Origin: Pseudomonadota bacterium
Lineage (GTDB): Bacteria > Pseudomonadota > Gammaproteobacteria > Acidiferrobacterales > Acidiferrobacteraceae
Length of the DNA stretch: 64,000 bases
Direction: 5' to 3'
Assembly (NCBI GenBank): GCA_021784755.1
Contig: JAJYHM010000006.1
Location: 33,449 to 97,448, forward strand
Of this stretch, positions 7,824 to 16,414 are shown in pieces. Under the pieces are notes generated by a model. The model was not told where the DNA came from. It worked only from the letters and a program-made list of their open reading frames with translations, and did not search any database. The first letter of the stretch is position 1. Each line of letters starts with the position of its first letter. The position numbers were made by a program, and so were the translations under genes.

Positions 7824-10132
7824 GACTCCTCCTCCAGATACCGGGCCAGGCGCGTGAGCGGATCGGACACCTCCGCACCCAGCCGCTCCTTGCGCGCCAG
7901 CCCCTCCGGTGTGGTATCGGCCAAGGCGAGAAGGGCACGCGGGAAGGTCAATCGCACGCCGTAATACTGAGGCCCCACGGATCGAATCGCCGGCCGCCAA
8001 GGAAGATTTAGAGGAAATGGCAGGCGCTTCCAGAGCTCTAGCGCCCGCTCTGGCATCCCGATGCGAGCGGCGATTTCCTCCCAACCATCACTGCGATAGA
8101 GCAGAGACCTAAGCGGCATCGAGTTCACGATCTCCTTTTCCATGAGATCAATCTCGGCAAGCCCTTGCGTGACGATATCGATGGCCGCCGCCTCCTTGCG
8201 CCCCATGCGCGCGATTTCGGACACGAGACGCGACAAGACCCCGGGGGCGTGGGCCACGAATCGATGGATTTCATCGAGCAAGACACGGGCTTGGTTGCGG
8301 TTGGCAAAAGCCAGATTCAGAAAGCGCAAGCACAGGAACACGAGATAGAAGGTGAGCAATTTCGGGCTCGCCCTATCCACATCCCGGAGATCAACGCCGC
8401 ATATGCCAGGGCTCAACTGGACGTTGTCCGGGCCAGCGAATATTCGACCCTCGGGGGTTTCGAGAAAACTGTGGAGATTGGCCCCCATGACCTGCGCTGC
8501 GCGCCTCTGTTCCGGGCTCACGTCTGTCAATCGTTCGAGGGATACCAGAAGATCGGACAGCCCAGGATCCGTTGGCGACTCTAGACCATAAAGACGCGTA
8601 AGGGCCGCAGCGCCCGCCGCCTGCTCGTGAAAGTCGAGAAGCGTCCGGCCGTCGGTTAGGATGAAGGCCAGGATATTCATCGTGCCGGAGGCAAGCAGCG
8701 GGTCAAGACCTCCCGTCGCCGCGCTTCGTGGTGGCAGGGGGTTAACGGCGGCCGTGCCCGGGTCGATCCTCGTATAACGGCCGCCGAGCGCTTCTACCGC
8801 CCAGCGGTAGGTCGACCCGACCTCCAGCACATACCAGTCCACGCCAAAGGGATAGGTCTCGACCATGGTCGCGACCTTGTCCACGCCTTTGCCGGCACCC
8901 GTCATCGCGACCGTGAAGCCATGCGCCACGACTTGATGGCTGTAATCGAAGTAGAGCGGCTGGGAGGCAAGCCCTAGGCGCAATGACTCAGGCTTAAGGC
9001 AACCCGTGCGAAAGACCTGTGTCGGGGCCATAGCTGCGATCAAAGCGGCATGGTCCGGCCGCCAGATGGGCGCCCGGTACCCTTGCCCAGGCTGGGAGAC
9101 CCGGAAAAACGGCAGCTGCACAAAGTCGTCGTCGCGCACGCGTCCGCCCTTGCCCTGTAATCCCTCAACGAGGCGGCTCAGCACAGCTGTCGGGACGCCC
9201 TCTATTTCCGCGCAGACCATGTAGGCGTTGCGGTGCACACGCCAGTCGTTCTCGGCCACCTCCATACGGAAACCCTGCATCTCCTTGAGAGCCGCGAGTT
9301 GCCGCTCCCGACCCTTGCTGGCAAGGCCACCCTGAGCTAGCCGATCCGCGCGCTCGGAAGCGCGTAACGCCCGCTCGGTGGCAGCGGGCATGACGACCTG
9401 GGAGACGTGCAAGCTGATGGAACCCGACACGGTGGGCAGGATCCACGCGGGATCGACCTCCGGATAGAGGTGGAGGTAGTGCATGCGCACCAACCGTCCA
9501 TCCACATCCAAGGCGCGTTTTTGGGGCTTTGGTGGTACCACCACCAGTTGCTCGGCGAGCGACAACCAGGGATCGAAGGCCGCAAGTGGTGGGCCCAAGT
9601 CGTAGCTACGCTGCACAAGGGCCGCGTATTCGTGAACAGTAGCAATCCGGCCGCCCGGCAAAAGGGCGGCGAGCTCCGCTCCCAGCGCCTCGAGCTCCCC
9701 TGCGCGCCGCGCCTGGCCGTTCAAGGCGCGACGTACGCCGGCCTCCATCCTGGGCAGGCGTCCTACTATGAGCGCTACGACATTCACAAAGAAATGGGGC
9801 GCCAAATGGTCCGCCATCGCTGATCGCATGGTGGCAGCAAACGCGCTCTTGCGCGTGGCCTCTTCGTAATGCGCCCGATAGGCGTGCGCCGCATCGGCGC
9901 GCCTCTCGCGCCACAAATGGAACTCAAGCCAATACTGCTCCGGCAGACGGTCGAGAACCCTCTCGATCGTGGCCCATTCGCGATTGCGGCCCGCGCGATC
10001 CTCAAACTCGCCATCGAGCCCGTCCCAAAGGATCGCAAGCGAGGCGGCCCCATCGCCGTGCGCGACCACACTCTCACTCAAACCATGCGACCACGTATAG
10101 ACGTCGCAATAACGTCGAGCGCCTAAAGCCAT
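7820..10132 (-). CDS. virB4: VirB4-family T4SS ATPase
   Basis: About 770 aa; H-x-F-T-V-AMTGAGKG Walker A, INP-like VNPL, VLLDEIH Walker B, RMGRK...VTQ motif; follows virB2/virB3-like genes. Confidence 0.85.
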   Translation of the reverse strand: MALGARRYCDVYTWSHGLSESVVAHGDGAASLAILWDGLDGEFEDRAGRNREWATIERVLDRLPEQYWLEFHLWRERRADAAHAYRAHYEEATRKSAFAATMRSAMADHLAPHFFVNVVALIVGRLPRMEAGVRRALNGQARRAGELEALGAELAALLPGGRIATVHEYAALVQRSYDLGPPLAAFDPWLSLAEQLVVVPPKPQKRALDVDGRLVRMHYLHLYPEVDPAWILPTVSGSISLHVSQVVMPAATERALRASERADRLAQGGLASKGRERQLAALKEMQGFRMEVAENDWRVHRNAYMVCAEIEGVPTAVLSRLVEGLQGKGGRVRDDDFVQLPFFRVSQPGQGYRAPIWRPDHAALIAAMAPTQVFRTGCLKPESLRLGLASQPLYFDYSHQVVAHGFTVAMTGAGKGVDKVATMVETYPFGVDWYVLEVGSTYRWAVEALGGRYTRIDPGTAAVNPLPPRSAATGGLDPLLASGTMNILAFILTDGRTLLDFHEQAAGAAALTRLYGLESPTDPGLSDLLVSLERLTDVSPEQRRAAQVMGANLHSFLETPEGRIFAGPDNVQLSPGICGVDLRDVDRASPKLLTFYLVFLCLRFLNLAFANRNQARVLLDEIHRFVAHAPGVLSRLVSEIARMGRKEAAAIDIVTQGLAEIDLMEKEIVNSMPLRSLLYRSDGWEEIAARIGMPERALELWKRLPFPLNLPWRPAIRSVGPQYYGVRLTFPRALLALADTTPEGLARKERLGAEVSDPLTRLARYLEEES

Positions 10133-10392
10133 AATCCCTCCCGTGCAGCAATCCTTCGTTCCCGTCTCGAGAGCCAATAGACGCGGACAAATGTCACGTC
10201 ATCGCCAACCAACGCGGCAGCGATCCCAAAGGGGAGCGCCCCGATCGCCGCCATCACCGCGATCGATCCTGCGGGACCCGGCAAGACCACAGAGGCCAAC
10301 GCCCCTGTAAGGGTCACGAGGCCCGCGATGGCTGCGCCCAGAGGAAGCCCCAGGATGCGCGGCGGCGCGAGGCGCTTGTTGAAAGCCATCAC
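10123..10392 (-). CDS. VirB3-like membrane protein
   Basis: FNKRLAPPRILGLP followed by two TM helices; overlaps the virB4 start. Confidence 0.7.
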   Translation of the reverse strand: MMAFNKRLAPPRILGLPLGAAIAGLVTLTGALASVVLPGPAGSIAVMAAIGALPFGIAAALVGDDVTFVRVYWLSRRERRIAAREGLWL

Positions 10393-10697
10393 GCTCCAAC
10401 CACCAAGGCGGCGATTCCATAGGCGCTCGCCGCAAGGACGAGCCCCAGGACGCTGCCTACGACGTAACTTTTGCCTCGCTCGGCCTGCCCAATCGCGAAA
10501 TATCCCGCGCCTATCAAGATGCCTATGATCGCGAGAATACTGACGATGAGCGCTATGACGTCCGTGATGGCATGCGCTCGCTCCTCAATCGTTATGCGTA
10601 GATCCGATCCTTGCGCGTACCCCGGCAAGCGCATGATGGCCATGGCCGCCGGGCTTTCCGCGCATAACAGTAGTGGTATCCATATTTTCATCGCCAT
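10389..10697 (-). CDS. VirB2/TrbC-like pilin
   Basis: About 100 aa; leader plus two hydrophobic helices separated by GQAERGK; GGAGG RBS; first gene of the operon. Confidence 0.7.
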   Translation of the reverse strand: MAMKIWIPLLLCAESPAAMAIMRLPGYAQGSDLRITIEERAHAITDVIALIVSILAIIGILIGAGYFAIGQAERGKSYVVGSVLGLVLAASAYGIAALVVGA

Positions 10698-11001
10698 GCC
10701 TCCATTGATGGCAGGCACGATACGTCGGGCGAGTTGCTCGCGCTATTCGGTAAATGGAGGGGTTAGGCCCGGGGCGAATTGGTCGCGGCGGCTTAACCGG
10801 CTTTGCGTTTAGAGAGGAGATTCTACTTTGGAGGGACAAATACTATGGCGTGCAAGCAAGGCCTAGGCTCGAACCGACTGCACGAACAGGGCAGACAACT
10901 TGGGTGCATAAGCGAACACAGAAATGACGCGAGACAAGACACGTAAGCCCACAATCCTGAACAGAAAAGCGGGATCCCAAGGGCAGGACTTTTACGGTCG
11001 C

Positions 11002-11853
11002 CTAGACGCCTCGAATGGGTATTACGGCGTGCCCTGGGGGCGGGGTGAATGGAGGCGGCACATGCTTGGGTACCCAGGCCTGTCCGTAGACGACTTCGTA
11101 GGTGATGGGTAGGCGTCCGTCGCGTCGGAACACCTCGCAAGCCTCTTCGAAGCGTCGATAACGGGTCTTGCCGGTGAGCCCCCCGAAACGACCGGCGGCG
11201 GCGTTGTGCGCGCCGATGCGCTTTAGGTCACGCAAGGCGTCGCGGGCCGAATCATACGTGAGAGTGTAGCATTCGACATCCAGCACGGGATCGGCAAATC
11301 CGGTGCCGATCAAGGCATCGCCCAAATCATGCATGTCCACGAATGTGTGGATATGGGGACGATCGTCCACATCGGCCCATGCGGCGCGCAATTCTCGCAA
11401 AGTGTCTGGTCCGAAAGTGGCAAAGGTAAACAAGCCATCTGGCCGGAGGACGCGACGGAATTCGGCGAAGGCACGTGGTACGTCCATCCATTGGAGAGCG
11501 AGACTCGAATAGACGCAATCGACCGCTTCTGAACGCAAGGGTAGATCATGGCCATCGGCCACCCACACCGGTGTCGGACGCCAAAGGCCCCGATGACGAC
11601 GCGCAGCACGCGCCATGGACAGTGCGATATCGCAGGCGAGGACCTGGGTCTTGCGGAAGCGACGGCGGAGATGAGGGATGGCGTAGCCGGTCCCGGTGCC
11701 CACATCGAGCAAGGTCGCAGGCTCCGAACGCAGCCACTGGAAGCGACTCAGGAGCTCGTCTGCGACCTTGCGCTGTAAGACCGCGCCCTCGTCGTAACTG
11801 CGCGCAGCGCGGTCGAAGTTGTGGCGAATGGCGTGCTGGTTCAGATCAATCAC
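11002..11853 (-). CDS. bioC: Malonyl-ACP O-methyltransferase
   Basis: FDRAARSYD..A.LQR, LDVGTGTG, SSLALQW, FGPDTLRELR, FVDMHDLGD. Confidence 0.93.
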   Translation of the reverse strand: MIDLNQHAIRHNFDRAARSYDEGAVLQRKVADELLSRFQWLRSEPATLLDVGTGTGYAIPHLRRRFRKTQVLACDIALSMARAARRHRGLWRPTPVWVADGHDLPLRSEAVDCVYSSLALQWMDVPRAFAEFRRVLRPDGLFTFATFGPDTLRELRAAWADVDDRPHIHTFVDMHDLGDALIGTGFADPVLDVECYTLTYDSARDALRDLKRIGAHNAAAGRFGGLTGKTRYRRFEEACEVFRRDGRLPITYEVVYGQAWVPKHVPPPFTPPPGHAVIPIRGV

Positions 11854-12562
11854 GGAGGAAGTCTCGTATGAGGGTAGCAACAGCATCCTCGGCATTCAGG
11901 AAGGGCGCATGCCCGCGGCCCGCCTCGCAAAGCCGCCCGTCGGGCACGAGGCGTGCGGCCGCACGGGCGGCCTCGATCGGGACGATGGTGTCAGTTGCCG
12001 CATGCACGAACAAGACCGGCGCGCGGATCGACGGCAAGAGCGCGCGCCGGTCGCTCCCCTGAAGGACCGCAAGCCCTTCGGCAAGCGCCGGGGCCTGCGG
12101 CATGCCACCGTCTTGGAGGTGGGCCATGAGGGCGCGCGCTTCCGCCCGCGCTCCGGTTCCGGCCTGCAAGGTCAGAAAGCGCCGAACGGTGGCCGCGTGG
12201 TCGATCACCAGCTGATCAGCGAAGGCCTCCAGGACATCAGGCGCCGTGCCACACGGCCAGTCCGGCGCGCGTGCAAAGCGCGGCGTGGCACCGACGAGAA
12301 CGAGCCGGCTCACGGACTGCGGATGACGGGCAGCCAACGTCAACGCGACAAGCCCGCCGAGCGACCAGCCAAGCCAGGCGTGGGCCCCCGGATGGGCGGC
12401 AGCGAGGCGCGCGGCAAGCCGATCGGGGTCGAGCGCGCCTGGCTCATAGGAGGCCTCGCCATGGCCCGGGAGATCGAGGGATTGGGCGGGGATGCCGAGC
12501 GCCCCCTCCAAACCCCCGAATACGCGTCGATTCAAACCCCAACCGTGCAGGAGAAACAACAT
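11846..12562 (-). CDS. bioH: Pimeloyl-ACP methyl ester esterase
   Basis: LHGWG, DLPGHG, GWSLGG, GHAPF; between bioF and bioC. Confidence 0.9.
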   Translation of the reverse strand: MLFLLHGWGLNRRVFGGLEGALGIPAQSLDLPGHGEASYEPGALDPDRLAARLAAAHPGAHAWLGWSLGGLVALTLAARHPQSVSRLVLVGATPRFARAPDWPCGTAPDVLEAFADQLVIDHAATVRRFLTLQAGTGARAEARALMAHLQDGGMPQAPALAEGLAVLQGSDRRALLPSIRAPVLFVHAATDTIVPIEAARAAARLVPDGRLCEAGRGHAPFLNAEDAVATLIRDFLRD

Positions 12563-13764
12563 CAGGCCGGGCCCCCAGGCAGGCTCGCGAGGGCATCGAG
12601 CAGTCGGTCGACATCGCCGGCGCCATGGGCCGCCGACAACGCCACCCGCAGACGGGCGCTGCCTTGCGGGACCGTGGGCGGGCGGATGGCCGGGACGTAC
12701 AGGCCGCGGTCGCGAAGGTGGCTGCTGGCCGCGATGGCGCGCGCCGCCTCCCCGAAGACCACCGCTTGGATCGGGGTGGAGGATGGGAGCAGCCGGAGGC
12801 CGAGGGCGACGGCGCCCTCGCGAAACCGGAGGACGCGATCGAAGAGTGCGGCGCGTCTCTCGTCGCCTGCGATCACGAGATCGAGGGCCACTTTCGCGGA
12901 TGCCGCCAGGGCCGGCGGCAAGGCCGTGGTGTAGATGTAGGGCCGCGCCCGCTGGATCAAGGCCTCAATGACATCGCCGTCGGCCGCGACAAAGGCACCG
13001 AAGACGCCAAAGGCCTTGCCAAGGGTCCCCATGTGGATGAGGGCCGGGTCGTAGTTCAGACCATGAGCGGCAGGCGTGCCGCGCCCCCCCGGGCCCACCA
13101 CCCCGAAGGCATGGGCATCATCCAGTATGAGCCCGGCGCCTTGGGCCTTAGCGAGCGCAAGCAGCGTGGGAACGCAGGCCATGTCGCCATCCATGCTGAA
13201 GACGCCATCGCTTACGATGAGGCCGCCGGGACCGGCTGCGGCGAGCGCGGCGCGCAACCCTTCCACATCCCGATAACGCTGTCGGCGTGCGTGCGCGAGG
13301 CTCGCGGCGTCCAGCAAGGAGGCATGATTGCGCCTATCCTCGAAGACGCGCCCATGGCGCGGACAAAGCGTGGTGAGGAGCGCAAGGTTGGCCATATAGC
13401 CCGTGGAGAAGAGCAACGCCCGAGGCGCGCCCGTGAAGGCGGCCAAGGCGTCTTCGAGCTCATGATGGGCGCTCGTATGACCTCCGAGGAGATGCGAGGC
13501 GCCGGCGCCGGCGCCGTAACGCCGAGCCCCCGCGCACATGGCCTCCACGACAGCAGGATCATTGGCGAGGCCCAGGTAGTCATTGCTCGCGAAAGACAGC
13601 AGCGTCTTGTCCCCGACTTGTATCACGGGAGTCTGGGGCGATGTACGAATCTCGCGACGCCGCCACAGATCCTGGGCGCGGACGCGCGCGAATAACGGCT
13701 CCAGCAGGCTTGCAAAGGGATTCCCTACCATCGACGCGGGCCTCGATTCTCGAAGCGCAAGCAT
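12562..13764 (-). CDS. bioF: 8-amino-7-oxononanoate synthase
   Basis: FASNDYLGL, GAGASHL..GH, FSTGYMAN, DGVFSMDGD, DDAH, GTLGKAFG, AIRPPTVP. Confidence 0.95.
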   Translation of the reverse strand: MLALRESRPASMVGNPFASLLEPLFARVRAQDLWRRREIRTSPQTPVIQVGDKTLLSFASNDYLGLANDPAVVEAMCAGARRYGAGAGASHLLGGHTSAHHELEDALAAFTGAPRALLFSTGYMANLALLTTLCPRHGRVFEDRRNHASLLDAASLAHARRQRYRDVEGLRAALAAAGPGGLIVSDGVFSMDGDMACVPTLLALAKAQGAGLILDDAHAFGVVGPGGRGTPAAHGLNYDPALIHMGTLGKAFGVFGAFVAADGDVIEALIQRARPYIYTTALPPALAASAKVALDLVIAGDERRAALFDRVLRFREGAVALGLRLLPSSTPIQAVVFGEAARAIAASSHLRDRGLYVPAIRPPTVPQGSARLRVALSAAHGAGDVDRLLDALASLPGGPA

Positions 13765-13872
13765 ACGTGGCAGCGCCCGACTGATAAAGGTTGGAGCGAC
13801 CTAAGGACCGTTGGATAAATGCCGGCCCCGGACTATCGTTCAACGCCAGAGCACCCTCGGAGGGTCGCAATC

Positions 13873-14526
13873 ATGATCAGGGCGCTTGCCGTTGGAGGTT
13901 TAATAATAAGCGCGGTCTTTGTGCCCGTCTGGGCAGGCGTGGGGGTAAGCGTCGGCGCAGGAACCTTAGGCGTGGGTGCCACGCTCTCGCTCCCGCTCGT
14001 GCCGGACATGTTCGATGCGCGGCTCCTCGCCAATGGCGGCCGCCTCACGCGCCACGAGACGGCCAACGGCCTCAACTACCGCGCCCGCGCGCACTTTCGT
14101 AACGCGGCTCTGCTCGCCGATATCTATCCCTTCCATGGTGTCTTCCACTTAACGGCCGGCGTCTATTACGACGACAATCACGTCGATCTGACCGCGACCT
14201 CGGTCAACGGTTACTACGACGTGAACGGCTACACGGTACCCACGTCCGCGGTCGGGCCGATCAAAGGCACCGTGACTTATCAGCGCTTCGCCCCCTATCT
14301 CGGGTTTGGCTTCAGCAATGACGCGCGGATGCGGCCGGGGTTCGCCTACGCGGTGGATCTGGGCGTGATGTGGGATCGGCCGACCACCACCTTAAACGCC
14401 CCCGGGGCCGCCTCCAACCCGGCATTGGCCGTTGAACTCGCGTCCGTCCGCGCCCAGATCGAACAGCAAGCCTGCCGTCTGCGGGCCTATCCGACAGCCT
14501 CTGTGAGTCTTGGTTACCGCTTCTGA
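13873..14526 (+). CDS. Outer-membrane beta-barrel protein
   Basis: Signal peptide, GTLGVG, APYLGFG, C-terminal LGYRF. Confidence 0.75.
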   Translation: MIRALAVGGLIISAVFVPVWAGVGVSVGAGTLGVGATLSLPLVPDMFDARLLANGGRLTRHETANGLNYRARAHFRNAALLADIYPFHGVFHLTAGVYYDDNHVDLTATSVNGYYDVNGYTVPTSAVGPIKGTVTYQRFAPYLGFGFSNDARMRPGFAYAVDLGVMWDRPTTTLNAPGAASNPALAVELASVRAQIEQQACRLRAYPTASVSLGYRF

Positions 14527-15557
14527 GGCGCGCCGCCGCCCCCCTGCAACTGCGCCTGCACAAAGCGGGCGAGCACCGGGGTCAAAGGACAATGCAAGGC
14601 CTGCCGCCAGGCGAGGTGGGCGCGTCCGGTATGCCCCATCTGGGACTCCACCAGCCCCTCGCCCACCCACAGGGAACCGTCCCCCGGGAATCGCTTGAGA
14701 CCGTTGCGGTAGGCGGAAAGCGCCCCGGCTTGATCCCCGGCGCGCAAGCGGGATGCCGCCAGCAGGGCCCAAAAGGAGTGACTGGCCGCGCCCAGGGCCT
14801 GCGCGCCGCCGAGGGTGCGGGCCGCATCGGCGGGCCTTCCTTGCCGTAGATCGACCTGCGCAAGCAGCATCACAGCCGGCAGCGCGCGCGGATGGGCGTG
14901 CAAAGCGGCCCGCAAGACCTGACGGGCGCTACGCAGGTGCGCCCCCTGGATGTCGAGGGTCGCGAGCAAGAGCGCCGGCCGCAGACTCGCGGGGCGGGCG
15001 CGCAGTGCCGCGCGCAAGGCCGCGCGCGCCTGTCCGGAGTCCCCAGCCTGCAGGGCCTGCACGGCGCGACGGTAAGCCGCCTGCGCCTGCTCGGTCGCGG
15101 TCAAGGGCTTACGGTGCCGGGATATGGAGGCAGACGCCGGTCGCGCCCGATGCGTGACCCGATGCGGCGCGGCAGGCGGGCGGGCGGAAGACACAAAGAC
15201 GGGCGCATGGGCGGGCTTTGCAAGCGGCCGCGCGCGTAAGATCGCTTGCGAAGCCCGGGCCTTAGGCGACGCGACTGCCGAAGGCGCTACGGGCACCGCC
15301 TTCGGAGGTGCGATGGAGGCGCGGGCGACCACGGCCGCAGGCGCCTTCCCAGACCCACGCCCGATGGTCCAGGCCACGACGACGGCGATGGCCGCGATCA
15401 GCACCGCGAACAACAACCATGTCGCGCGAGAGACCCTTGAGCGTTCTGGCGATTCCGGCGCAGCGCGCAGATCCGCAAGGACCGGGCGTGACTGTGATGT
15501 TTGCTGGTCCCGCTCGCGGGCCTCGAGATCACGTAGGACTTTATTGATGAGGCTCAT
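14514..15557 (-). CDS. mshN: MSHA biogenesis TPR protein
   Basis: MSLINKVLRDLEAR N-terminus, TM segment, C-terminal TPRs; follows mshM. Confidence 0.8.
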   Translation of the reverse strand: MSLINKVLRDLEARERDQQTSQSRPVLADLRAAPESPERSRVSRATWLLFAVLIAAIAVVVAWTIGRGSGKAPAAVVARASIAPPKAVPVAPSAVASPKARASQAILRARPLAKPAHAPVFVSSARPPAAPHRVTHRARPASASISRHRKPLTATEQAQAAYRRAVQALQAGDSGQARAALRAALRARPASLRPALLLATLDIQGAHLRSARQVLRAALHAHPRALPAVMLLAQVDLRQGRPADAARTLGGAQALGAASHSFWALLAASRLRAGDQAGALSAYRNGLKRFPGDGSLWVGEGLVESQMGHTGRAHLAWRQALHCPLTPVLARFVQAQLQGGGGAPQKR

Positions 15558-16414
15558 CGACGCCCCCAGGACATGAACCCAAAAAGACCCGCGTGGCTGC
15601 GGGCGGCCTCGGTGTCGGCGCAGGCGAGCCGCATATGCCGGGCGCGCACTTGGGCCGACCCTTCGCCATAGGCGGCCATGAGCGATTTATGGGCAAGGAT
15701 ATTGGCAAGCCGTGGAATGCCACCTGACGCCCGGTAGAGGACGCGCAGCGCGCCCTTCGCAAAGAGCGCAGGCCCTTCATAGCCCGCCACATGCAGCCTG
15801 TGCCGCAAATAGTCATCCGTGTCGGCCAACGACAAAGGTGCGAGACGGCATGAGAAGGCGATGCGTTGGCGCAATTGCCGCACTTGCCGTTCCTCGAGGC
15901 GCACATCGAGCTCCGGTTGGCCGAACAGCACAATCTGTAGGAGCTTACGTTTCTCGGTCTCGAGATTGCTCATAAGCCGCAGCGACTCCAGCGTCTCCAT
16001 GGGCATCGCCTGAACCTCATCCAGACAGAGGATCACGCGGCGCCCTTGCGCGCAGCTTTCGATCAAATGCTCGGTCAAAGTACGCGCGAGGGCATGAAGG
16101 CTTGCGCCCGCGACCGCTGGGAGCCCTAATTCGGCACGGATAGCCTCAAGCAGCGCGGCAGGATCGAGCGCGGGATTCGGGATATACGCCGTGATAAATT
16201 CCGGATCGGCGGCGAGGACCGCGAGAAACTTGCGACAAAGGAGCGTCTTGCCTGTGCCCACTTCGCCCGTCACCTTCAAGAAGCCCTCGCCCATGCGCAC
16301 GGCCGCGAGCAACATATTCAAGGCTTCTTGGTGACGCGCATGAGCAAAGTAGTACTCGGTATCCGGCGTAAGCCCGAAGGGGAGTTCCCGAAGCCCGAAG
16401 TAGCGCTCGTACAT
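15554..16414 (-). CDS. mshM: ExeA-family AAA ATPase
   Basis: MYERYFGLRELPFGLTPD, GEVGTGKT, DEVQAM, LFGQPEL. Confidence 0.9.
   Translation of the reverse strand: MYERYFGLRELPFGLTPDTEYYFAHARHQEALNMLLAAVRMGEGFLKVTGEVGTGKTLLCRKFLAVLAADPEFITAYIPNPALDPAALLEAIRAELGLPAVAGASLHALARTLTEHLIESCAQGRRVILCLDEVQAMPMETLESLRLMSNLETEKRKLLQIVLFGQPELDVRLEERQVRQLRQRIAFSCRLAPLSLADTDDYLRHRLHVAGYEGPALFAKGALRVLYRASGGIPRLANILAHKSLMAAYGEGSAQVRARHMRLACADTEAARSHAGLFGFMSWGRR

Noticed and set aside
2069-10697. Complete ICE or conjugative element
   Set aside because: No relaxase, coupling protein, VirB11, integrase, tRNA/att site or composition shift is visible in the window.
10760-10830. c-di-GMP-I riboswitch-like words (ACGCAAAGCC, CCGGGCCTAAC) upstream of virB2
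   Set aside because: The two words are about 26 nt too far apart and the upstream GGCAAA/GAAA-tetraloop stem is missing.
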